From Thermoanaerobaculia bacterium (GTDB lineage Bacteria > Acidobacteriota > Thermoanaerobaculia > Multivoradales > Multivoraceae), in the NCBI GenBank assembly GCA_965200575.1, contig OZ241363.1:2391131-2455130 (forward strand): a DNA stretch of 64,000 nt, in the 5' to 3' direction. The position numbers and the translations under genes were made by a program. Each line of letters starts with the position of its first letter. Position 1 is the first letter of the stretch. Shown piece after piece: positions 27,749-35,668 of this stretch. The notes beneath the pieces are model-generated. The model saw only the letters and a program-made list of their open reading frames with translations. It searched no databases and had not been told where the DNA came from.

Positions 27749-29065
27749 CTACTGGCCTCCGGTCGCCCCCGTCGCTCTGCCGGCAGCCCGGATGGCCTCC
27801 GCATCCTCCGGTTCCACATAGGTCCAGGCGAGGAACGGCGCCATCATCTCGTCCGTGCTCTTCGCTCCCCAGTCGACCGCACGGCCGATGTCAAGGAAGG
27901 GATACTCGTCGAGCTTGGTCTCCGAGTTGTCGTAGACGGCCTCGATCTCGACCCGGGTCCCGGCCGGCAGCACCTTGGGAGACCGGTAGATGTAGTTCGT
28001 CTGCCAGCTGTAGTCGTACTCCGGGACGTCCAGCAGCACCTCGGCGCCGCCGTCCGGGTAGAAGGCGGTGTACGTCATGCTCTGGCCGCGGAAGTGCATG
28101 TGGGGGTGCAGCGAGAGCAGCACGGTGTCCTTCTCGAACACCCGCGACGAACCGACCCGCCAGCTGCCGTGGCCGGGTGGGATCTCGAACGCACCGGCGC
28201 CGATCGTGTTCCAGGTCACCTTGTGCCGCACCTCGGCGTCGACGGGATGGAACCTGAAGGCGACCGCGGACCGGTCCTCACCGCCGCTGCCGGGGCCGGG
28301 CTCCTTGTGGTAGTGGACGTTCAGGCGCACCACCATGCCGGCCCGAAGCTGGTTGCCGAAGCCCGGCGGGTAGATCGTGGGGTCCTCGCCGGCAGCGATG
28401 GAGCCGAGCGAGAAGGTGTCCTCGCTGAGCACATCGACCTCGCCGTCCTCGTTCGGGACCAGTGCCCTGCCGGTGATGTGATGCACGAACTCGGCATCCG
28501 GCTGGTACTCGATGGCCTGAATCCAGCGCGGCTCGGGCAGCATCTCCTCCGTCAGCGTGATGAAGAAGTTCGGCTGCTCGTCCTCCACGTCGTCGCCGAC
28601 AACGTACGGCTCTTCCATGTAGACGATGAGGTCCGGCTTGCCGATGAGGAAGCCGCCCGTGTCCTCCCACTCGCGCGGCGCCGGGCCCTTCGCCGGGTCA
28701 CCCTTCGGCGCCCCCTGCCTGGCCCAGGCGACGACGGTGTCAATCTCGTCGCGCGTCAGCGTCCGCTCGTTCGAGAACACGCCCGCGGTGTGGCCCGAAG
28801 CGTCCCACGGCGGCATCTCGCGGCTCTCCACCAGGCGTGCGATGGAGCGGGCCCACGGACGCACCTCGTCATACGTCATCAGCGACATCGGCGCCACCAT
28901 GCCGGCCACGTTGTCGCCGCCCGGGCGATGGCAGGTCTGGCAGTTCTCCTGGAAGATGCTCAGGACGTGCTCGTGGAAGGTGACGGCGTCGCCGGTGTCG
29001 GCGGCCGCGCCGACCGCCAGTCCGGGCGAGCCGAGTACGAGAAGTGCAGCGATCAAGCGGTCCAT
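27749..29065 (-). CDS. Cytochrome c domain fused to a PHM/DBH-like copper monooxygenase fold, paralog B
   Basis: It is homologous to 17055..18629 and carries CQTCH, PMSLMTYDEVRPWARSIARLVESREMPPW, EFVHHITG, LHPHMHFRGQSM and STDEMMAPF. A GGAGG ribosome-binding site sits 5 nt before the ATG. Confidence 0.5.
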   Translation of the reverse strand: MDRLIAALLVLGSPGLAVGAAADTGDAVTFHEHVLSIFQENCQTCHRPGGDNVAGMVAPMSLMTYDEVRPWARSIARLVESREMPPWDASGHTAGVFSNERTLTRDEIDTVVAWARQGAPKGDPAKGPAPREWEDTGGFLIGKPDLIVYMEEPYVVGDDVEDEQPNFFITLTEEMLPEPRWIQAIEYQPDAEFVHHITGRALVPNEDGEVDVLSEDTFSLGSIAAGEDPTIYPPGFGNQLRAGMVVRLNVHYHKEPGPGSGGEDRSAVAFRFHPVDAEVRHKVTWNTIGAGAFEIPPGHGSWRVGSSRVFEKDTVLLSLHPHMHFRGQSMTYTAFYPDGGAEVLLDVPEYDYSWQTNYIYRSPKVLPAGTRVEIEAVYDNSETKLDEYPFLDIGRAVDWGAKSTDEMMAPFLAWTYVEPEDAEAIRAAGRATGATGGQ

Positions 29066-29411
29066 GCGCGCCTCCGTCTACTGGTCAGGAAGCCGCAGTG
29101 TAGCAGGCGAACATCCGGTCGGCCGTTGCCGGGTCCGAGGGACCCGCAGGGACGCGGGCGCTCGGGAGATGGGCGACCGTGACCTTCACGCCTACGGACG
29201 GTCTGTGCAGGAACGCCGGCGCTCGGGAGGTAGATGGAAAGTGGCGCCCGCTTCGGGCGGCTGCGCTGTGGACCGTCGTGCTCGTCCGACAGGACGTGCA
29301 AGGTCGCTGGCCTGAAGCCCCCTGCGGCTCCTCCGCCCTGACGGCTCAGGTCGTGCCTGGCGAGACCGGCGACGGCCCGGCTGGGAAGGCGGAAGGGGAA
29401 GCCGGGCGAGT

Positions 29412-30284
29412 TCAGGAGACGGCGCGCACCGCGGCCCCGCGCATGGCCACCGAGCGGCAGGCGCGAAACAGGGTCGGCACGAACAGGTCGGGCCTTGCAG
29501 CGCAGGCGAAGTGGTCGCCGTCGAGAGGATGGACGCGGGCGCCGGGAATCGCGGCCGCAAGGGCCAACTGCGCGCGCGGCGGCACGTGCTCGTCGTCGCG
29601 GGTCACGACGACGGCGGTCGGCACGCCGACCTCGGCCAGCCAGGGCATCGAGTCGAAACGAGCCAGCGCCGCGCCCGCCTCGACCACCGCCGACGGGTCC
29701 GTGGGCGCGAGCTGCTCGCGGAGCCTCGACCGCCGGGCCTGGTTCGAGATGTTCTCCAGCATCCGCTCCGCAAAGGTCGTCCATACAGATTGCGGGGCCG
29801 CCCAGGCCGCGAACGACAGCAGCGGCCCCAGCGTCGATGCCGCCCGCTGCGCCTGCCAGCCGCCGAAGCGGGAGGCAGTGGCGCAGAGCACGAGGCCGGC
29901 GGTCCGGTCCGGATGGCGTCGCCAGAACAGCTGCGCGATGGCGCCGCCCATCGAGTAGCCGACCGGAATGACGCGCTCCGAACCCAGCAGATCGGCGAGC
30001 GCTGCGGCGTCGTCCGCGCAGTCCTCCAGGCTGAAGGCGCCGGGGCTGCGCAGGCCGCGGCCGTGACCCCGGTGATCGAGCGCGACGACCCGGAAGCCGG
30101 TGCCGGACACCCCCAGGCAAGAGGACCAGTTCAGCATGGCGGTGGCGGCCAGGCCATGCAGCAGCATCAGGACCGGCGCCCCTTCCGGACCCTCGACCTC
30201 GTGTACCCAGGTCGCACCGCGTCCGGGCAGACGCACCCGGCGACCGGAGACCGGAGACCCCACGGCTCCAACCGGACCGCTCAC
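29412..30284 (-). CDS. Alpha/beta-fold hydrolase
   Basis: HGLAATAMLNW and the nucleophile elbow GYSMGG are present. The GTG start is uncertain. It overlaps the upstream gene by 4 nt. Confidence 0.65.
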   Translation of the reverse strand: MSGPVGAVGSPVSGRRVRLPGRGATWVHEVEGPEGAPVLMLLHGLAATAMLNWSSCLGVSGTGFRVVALDHRGHGRGLRSPGAFSLEDCADDAAALADLLGSERVIPVGYSMGGAIAQLFWRRHPDRTAGLVLCATASRFGGWQAQRAASTLGPLLSFAAWAAPQSVWTTFAERMLENISNQARRSRLREQLAPTDPSAVVEAGAALARFDSMPWLAEVGVPTAVVVTRDDEHVPPRAQLALAAAIPGARVHPLDGDHFACAARPDLFVPTLFRACRSVAMRGAAVRAVS

Positions 30285-30976
30285 TTCTCCTGCCGACTCT
30301 CGCCCGCCTCCGACCGCAGGCCTCGCGGCCGATCCTCCGGCACCCGGCAGATGCGATCCATCCGGTGGCTCCCCATCTGCGGGTGCTCCCAGCGCAGCTG
30401 GTCGCCCTCCATCCAGCGCCTGACGCGGATGAACGACAGCCCGAAGCCGTCCATCTCCAGCACCCCATCCCTGTAGCGGGCCTGGTTGCGAATCCGCATG
30501 CAGGACCCGCTCACGTCGTTCACGCCGTTGCGCAGGGTGCCGTCGGCACGCATGTCGTGGATCACTCCCGCCGACGTGACGACCACCCGGTCGCCGCACT
30601 GTTCCACCCGCTCGAGGTGGCCGGACGTCGGGTCGCGCCACAGGCCCCGGAGATCGGGAGCGCCGGGCGGAAGCGGTTCCGTGCAGGCGGAGAGAATCGG
30701 CATCGGCCATTCCAGCCAGCCGTCGCAGCCCGGGGTGTAGGCCAGGGGTACGTCGTCCGCGCCCGGGCCCGACCCGTCCAGCGCCGGCAGCTGGCAGTGG
30801 TCCACCGTGGCGGCGTCTCCGGCGAAGACTGCCGGCGCGGTCGTGTCCGGCGGTCTCGGCGCCGCCCGCAGGTAGACGGTGGCGCCGCCGACCGCAAGCC
30901 CGGCCACTGCCACGACGGCGGCGAAAGCCACGACTGCGACGCGACGTGCCGGCCAGCGTCCGAACCCGATCATCAC
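30281..30976 (-). CDS. Hypothetical membrane-anchored protein
   Basis: 231 aa with an N-terminal TM helix. It is coupled to the hydrolase downstream and is likely part of the operon with the dehalogenase. Confidence 0.45.
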   Translation of the reverse strand: MMIGFGRWPARRVAVVAFAAVVAVAGLAVGGATVYLRAAPRPPDTTAPAVFAGDAATVDHCQLPALDGSGPGADDVPLAYTPGCDGWLEWPMPILSACTEPLPPGAPDLRGLWRDPTSGHLERVEQCGDRVVVTSAGVIHDMRADGTLRNGVNDVSGSCMRIRNQARYRDGVLEMDGFGLSFIRVRRWMEGDQLRWEHPQMGSHRMDRICRVPEDRPRGLRSEAGESRQEK

Positions 30977-30980
30977 TGCC

Positions 30981-32024
30981 TCAGGCGCCGCCCATCACGG
31001 GCGTTGAATCGATGAAGTCGACGACGATGTTCGCCAGCTCGGCGCCGCGGCCTTCCTGGAGGAAGTGCCCGCCGCCTTCGATCGTCACATGGGGCTGGCC
31101 CTGGGCGCCCGGGATGCGCTCCTCGAAGACCCGGTTCCCGCCCCGCGTGACGGGATCGTTGTCGGAAAAGGCGCACAGGAACGGCTTCGTCCACTCCGAG
31201 AAGACGCGCCACGCCTCCTGCTGGGCCGGCACGGCCGGGTCATCGGGCAGGTTGGGCACACGGCTCGGCATGGCGCGGATCCCCGCCTTGTACGACGGGT
31301 CCGGGAACGGCGCATCGTAGGCCGCGATCTCCTCCCTTGTCAGGCGGACCCCGTCCACGGCGCCAGCCACCATCATGCCGGCCGGCATGTCCTCGGTCTC
31401 CCAGGTCCACTTCTGCCAGTACGCGAACCTGAGCGCCCGATCCACGGAGCCGCCGCCCGAGATCGCCTCGCGCATCTCGGCCATCGTCGGCGTGGGCGCC
31501 TCGGCCCGGAACTTCCGGATCGCCTCGGCCGTCTCCGGCGGCACGCCGACCGGCAGCGGCAGCCCGGTGTTCGCGGCCACGATGCGGTCGAACCGCGCCG
31601 GGTCGAGCGCCGCCATCCGCAGCCCGATCAGGCCGCCCCAGTCCTGCCCCACGAGCGTGGTGTGCATCACGCCATTGCTCCGCAGCCAGGCGCTCAACCA
31701 GTCGACTTGCCGCTGATAGGTGTAGTCGTCCCGCTCGGTGGGCTTGTCGGAACGCCCGAAACCGACGAGATCGGGCGCCATGACCCGGACGCCGCGCTCG
31801 ACGAACACGGGAATCATGCGGCGATAGAGATAGCTCCAGGTCGGCTGTCCGTGCATCAGCAGCACCAGCGGTCCGTCGGGCGGCCCCGCCTCGATGTGGT
31901 GAATGCGGATGCCCTCGCCTTCGCCGTCTCCGCGCGGCACCACCGTGTAGTGCGGCTCGAAATCGAAGTCGGGCAGGTTGACGAACCGTTCGTCCGGGGT
32001 GCGAAGGACCTTCATGGCGGGCTC
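30981..32024 (-). CDS. Haloalkane dehalogenase (HLD-I, DhlA-like)
   Basis: Resembles Xanthobacter DhlA, as I recall its sequence, along its length: MKVLRTPDERFVNLPDFDFEPHY, HGQPTWSYLYRRMIPVF, GFGRSDKP, VGQDWGG and AYDAPFPDPSYKAGIR. Confidence 0.8.
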   Translation of the reverse strand, partial: EPAMKVLRTPDERFVNLPDFDFEPHYTVVPRGDGEGEGIRIHHIEAGPPDGPLVLLMHGQPTWSYLYRRMIPVFVERGVRVMAPDLVGFGRSDKPTERDDYTYQRQVDWLSAWLRSNGVMHTTLVGQDWGGLIGLRMAALDPARFDRIVAANTGLPLPVGVPPETAEAIRKFRAEAPTPTMAEMREAISGGGSVDRALRFAYWQKWTWETEDMPAGMMVAGAVDGVRLTREEIAAYDAPFPDPSYKAGIRAMPSRVPNLPDDPAVPAQQEAWRVFSEWTKPFLCAFSDNDPVTRGGNRVFEERIPGAQGQPHVTIEGGGHFLQEGRGAELANIVVDFIDSTPVMGGA

Positions 32025-32133
32025 TCCCTGTTCTCGAATCCGTCGTTGCGTTCGGGGCGCGCTCGCGGTTTCCACGCGGCAGCGCCTGTTCGGAGGATAG
32101 CGCCGCAACGCCCCGGCAAGGGGGCCGGCGGAG

Positions 32134-32670
32134 CTACTCCCCGTCGGCCCCGGCCTCGATCCGGCCGTACATCGTGCCGCCGTACGGCCCGTGGTTCCAC
32201 GTCCCGGCGTAGCGCCCGTCGTAGAACAGCACCTGGGAGCCGAACTGATTGCCCAGGCCCGGAATCTCGAAGTCCTCGATGCTGACCATCGGCACGTTCC
32301 CGGCCCACACGATGGGCACCACGACCGGCAGGGTCACGTCCACGGTCATGTAGACCACTCGGACGTCGAAGCGCCACCGGTCGCCCGGCCCGTCGAGCTT
32401 CGAGACCTTCTCGATCTCGTAGCGCTCGGGGTTCCGGTCCCGACTGACGCCATCGACCTCGTCCAGGCCCTCAACGTTGTCGATCGTGAAGTGACCCACG
32501 AGGTCGACGTTCTGCATGCGCTCCGCAAACGCGCGCTCGCGCTCGGACAGCTCCTCCACGGCAACCGTGCGCCCCAGGCCGGAGGCATGGAAGAAACCCA
32601 CGCCGTAGCCAACGCAGAGCAGGACCAGGACGCCGACCGCGGCGGCCACCAGGATCAGTGCCTTCCTCAC
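32134..32670 (-). CDS. Hypothetical membrane-anchored protein
   Basis: 178 aa. A GTG start follows a GGAGGAGG ribosome-binding site. One N-terminal TM helix is present. Confidence 0.45.
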   Translation of the reverse strand: MRKALILVAAAVGVLVLLCVGYGVGFFHASGLGRTVAVEELSERERAFAERMQNVDLVGHFTIDNVEGLDEVDGVSRDRNPERYEIEKVSKLDGPGDRWRFDVRVVYMTVDVTLPVVVPIVWAGNVPMVSIEDFEIPGLGNQFGSQVLFYDGRYAGTWNHGPYGGTMYGRIEAGADGE

Positions 32671-33098
32671 GGCACGCCTCCTCCGGCTGTGTACTCGCGT
32701 GCGGTTCTCACGGCTCCCCCTTTCTGGTGCGGCCCCATGAACTCCCGCACCTCTGATCGCTCCGGCCCCGGAGACTACAGCCTGAGCCACATCAACCCTC
32801 GGCAAGCCGACCCCGGCTTCTTCCGCCAGGCCCTGGTCGCACAGGCAAGACCCGAGCCGACAGGTCAAGGGGGCCGCAAGGGGGGCTGGAGGCGACCGAC
32901 CTGGCACGTCGTCGCGCGCAAGCACAGCCTCCGGCAGCGATGCCGACCGCAGCCGGCGCCAGCCTCCAGACAACCTCCGAAGCGCCCGCGTCCCCTGCGG
33001 CCTCCTCGGACCTGGCGGCGGCCCCAGCCAGCACCCGACCAGCACCCGCCACCGGCCTCCGGCACACCTGCGCCGGCCTGCTACCCTCCGCGGCGTTG

Positions 33099-35477
33099 AT
33101 GTCCCGGAACGCCGTCGTCGGCCTGTCGGTCGCTGCCGCCGCCCTGCTCGCCGGGCCTGCCACGGCCCAGGAAGCGGCCGGGCGGGCCTGGACCAACATG
33201 GACTACGGCCCGTTCAAGGTCCACTCCTACATCGTCGAGCCCGGCAACAACGCGAACAAGGGCATCGCCATCCGCGTCGACAGCGGCCCCGGCGGCATCT
33301 CGAAGGGCACGGAGTTCCTTCTCTTCGACACCGACACCCTGCGCTGGGCCGCCGGCTGGACGGGCCCGGGCTTCATCGACTGGAACTCCATCAACTACAA
33401 CGGCAGGCACGAGATCGAACCGGCGCTGGTCGGCGACCTCGTGTTCACGAATCCGGACGCGCCGGGCTGGTCGCGGGCAGGCGACGACTTCGCGGACACC
33501 CGGATCGTCGGGCGCGGCGGCCGTCGCTTCGGGCCGCAGGACCGCAACGTGGCGCGCTGGCTCGGCCACTACCTGCACGGCAACCGCGTCGTGCTGCACT
33601 ACCGGGTCGCCGACGCCGAAGTGCTGGAGATGGGCGCCTCCGAAGGCGACGGTCTGTTCGGCCGCACCCTGAACATCGGACCGCGAAGCACCGACCTGGA
33701 GCTTCAGGTCGCCCACCAGGAAGGCGGCCGCACGTGGGCGGACGGCGAGATGGCGGGCTTTCGCGAGGCGTGGGCCGACGGCGCAGCCACCGCAGCCATG
33801 CTGATCGGCCCGGCGGACGGCGTGCGCTGGCTGACGGACGACCCCGACCACCTGCGCGTGCAGGTCGCCGCCGGCAGGCAGGCCCTGCGGCTGAAGATCG
33901 TGCTCGGGCGCGGCGGCTCGTCCGGCGCCGGCATCGACGCGCGGGATGCAGCGATCGCTCCGCCGGAAGACCTCGAACCTCTGACCCACGGTGGCCCGCG
34001 ACGCTGGACCGGGCCGATGGAGGCAGAGAGCCGGGTGCTGGGCCGACCCGACGGGTCTTTCGTGCTGGAAGACCTGGCTGCGCCGCTCGACAACCCGTAC
34101 CGATCCTGGATGCGCCTGGGCGGGTTCGACTTCCTGGACGGCGGCCGCCGGGCCGTGGTCGCGACCTGGATGGGCGACGTCTGGCTGGTCGACGGCCTCG
34201 GCGGCGAGGATCTCGGCGAGATCACCTGGTCGCGCTTCGCCACCGGGCTCTACGAGCCGTTGGGAGTGAACACGCGGGGCGGCGAGATCTTCGTCACCTC
34301 GCGCGACCAGATCACCCGTCTCCACGACCTGAACGGCGACGGCGAGGCCGACCGGTACGAAGCGTTCAACCACGACGCCCAGGCCTCGGCCCACTTCCAC
34401 GAGTTCGCGGTCGGCCTGGAGGCCGACGCCGACGGCAACTTCTACTACGCGAAGGGCGCCGGCCACGACTTCGACGCCCGGGTGCCCCAGCACGGGACGA
34501 TTCTCCGCGTCTCCGCCGATGGCGCCTCGACCGAGATCGTCGCCACCGGTTTCCGGGCGCCGAACGGCCTGGCGCTCAACCCGGACGGCACCGTGATCGT
34601 GACTGACCAGGAAGGCCACTGGATCCCCGAGAACCGGATCAACTGGGTCGAGCCAGGGACCTTCCACGGCTACATGCGGGCCTTCACGGAACCGGGCCGC
34701 GACCCGGACGACTTCGTTCGTCCCGTCACCTGGATTCACCACGACGTGGACCGCTCCCCGTCCGCGCCCGTGTGGGTCGACAGCGCTCGCTGGGGCGAAC
34801 TCGACGGCTCCCTCGCCTTCCTCTCCTACGGCAACGGCAAGGTGTTCGCCGTCCTGCCGGACGAGGCGTTCCGGCCGGAGGGCAGCACCGATGCCGACTG
34901 GCCGCGCAGCCACGGTCCGCCGCGCCAGGCCGCGGTCGTCGAGCTGCCGGTCGCCGCCGCACCCACCGGCCTGATCCGCGGGCGCTTCAACCCCGCCGAC
35001 GACCAGCTGTACGTCTGCGGGCTGTTCGCCTGGGCGGGGGACCGCACACGGCCCGGCGGCTTCTACCGCATCCGGCGGACCGACCGGCCGCTCCCGGTCC
35101 CCGTGGCCTGGTCATCGGCGCCGGACGGCATCGTGGTCCGCTTCGGCGAGACGCTCGACCCGGAGGCCGCAGCCGACCCCGGCAACTTCTCCATGCGTGT
35201 CTGGCAGTACGAGCGCCGCGCCAGCTACGGCTCGCTCGACTACCGCGTCCTCGGCTCGGGGGAAGGCCGGGACGAGCTCACGGTCGTCTCCGCCGCCCTG
35301 TCCGACGACGGCCGCTCCGTGTTCGTCGAGATCCCGGACCTGCTGCCGGTGCAGCAGTTCCACCTCGAGATGAACCTGCGGGCGGCGGACGGCGCGCGCC
35401 TCCGCGAGTTCCTGCACGGCACGATCCACGAGATCGGCGCCACGCCGGGAACAGCGGTCCTGGCGACCCGGGACTGA
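33099..35477 (+). CDS. Large secreted beta-propeller protein, sugar/sorbosone-dehydrogenase-like
   Basis: About 792 aa with a signal peptide and the repeat PNGLALNPDGTVIVTDQEGHW. It resembles the membrane-bound-dehydrogenase-like N-terminal module often paired with CxxCH proteins in Planctomycetes, Verrucomicrobia and Acidobacteria. Confidence 0.5.
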   Translation: MSRNAVVGLSVAAAALLAGPATAQEAAGRAWTNMDYGPFKVHSYIVEPGNNANKGIAIRVDSGPGGISKGTEFLLFDTDTLRWAAGWTGPGFIDWNSINYNGRHEIEPALVGDLVFTNPDAPGWSRAGDDFADTRIVGRGGRRFGPQDRNVARWLGHYLHGNRVVLHYRVADAEVLEMGASEGDGLFGRTLNIGPRSTDLELQVAHQEGGRTWADGEMAGFREAWADGAATAAMLIGPADGVRWLTDDPDHLRVQVAAGRQALRLKIVLGRGGSSGAGIDARDAAIAPPEDLEPLTHGGPRRWTGPMEAESRVLGRPDGSFVLEDLAAPLDNPYRSWMRLGGFDFLDGGRRAVVATWMGDVWLVDGLGGEDLGEITWSRFATGLYEPLGVNTRGGEIFVTSRDQITRLHDLNGDGEADRYEAFNHDAQASAHFHEFAVGLEADADGNFYYAKGAGHDFDARVPQHGTILRVSADGASTEIVATGFRAPNGLALNPDGTVIVTDQEGHWIPENRINWVEPGTFHGYMRAFTEPGRDPDDFVRPVTWIHHDVDRSPSAPVWVDSARWGELDGSLAFLSYGNGKVFAVLPDEAFRPEGSTDADWPRSHGPPRQAAVVELPVAAAPTGLIRGRFNPADDQLYVCGLFAWAGDRTRPGGFYRIRRTDRPLPVPVAWSSAPDGIVVRFGETLDPEAAADPGNFSMRVWQYERRASYGSLDYRVLGSGEGRDELTVVSAALSDDGRSVFVEIPDLLPVQQFHLEMNLRAADGARLREFLHGTIHEIGATPGTAVLATRD

Positions 35478-35668
35478 CCCCGAAGGCCTCGGACCGCTTC
35501 GTGCAGGTTCACGAGCCAGCGGGCCGTCGGAACCGCCAGCGGCCGGAGGACGCTGGCCGGGCCGGCGGAGCACGAGCGGCGCGCCGGCCAGCCGCAACAG
35601 GTCGGTCGCAACCTCGGCGACGGCCTCTTCGAGGAGGCACGAGACATCGGCGACGCCAGGGCGACGGC

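Noticed and set aside
34772-35668. Upstream in-frame extension of the pentaheme cytochrome ORF, overlapping the propeller gene by 700 nt and suggesting one fused gene
   Set aside because: The overlapping part translates to Arg-rich nonsense. The propeller gene ends with a clean stop at 35477. The real cytochrome start is most likely TTG 35669 or GTG 35723.
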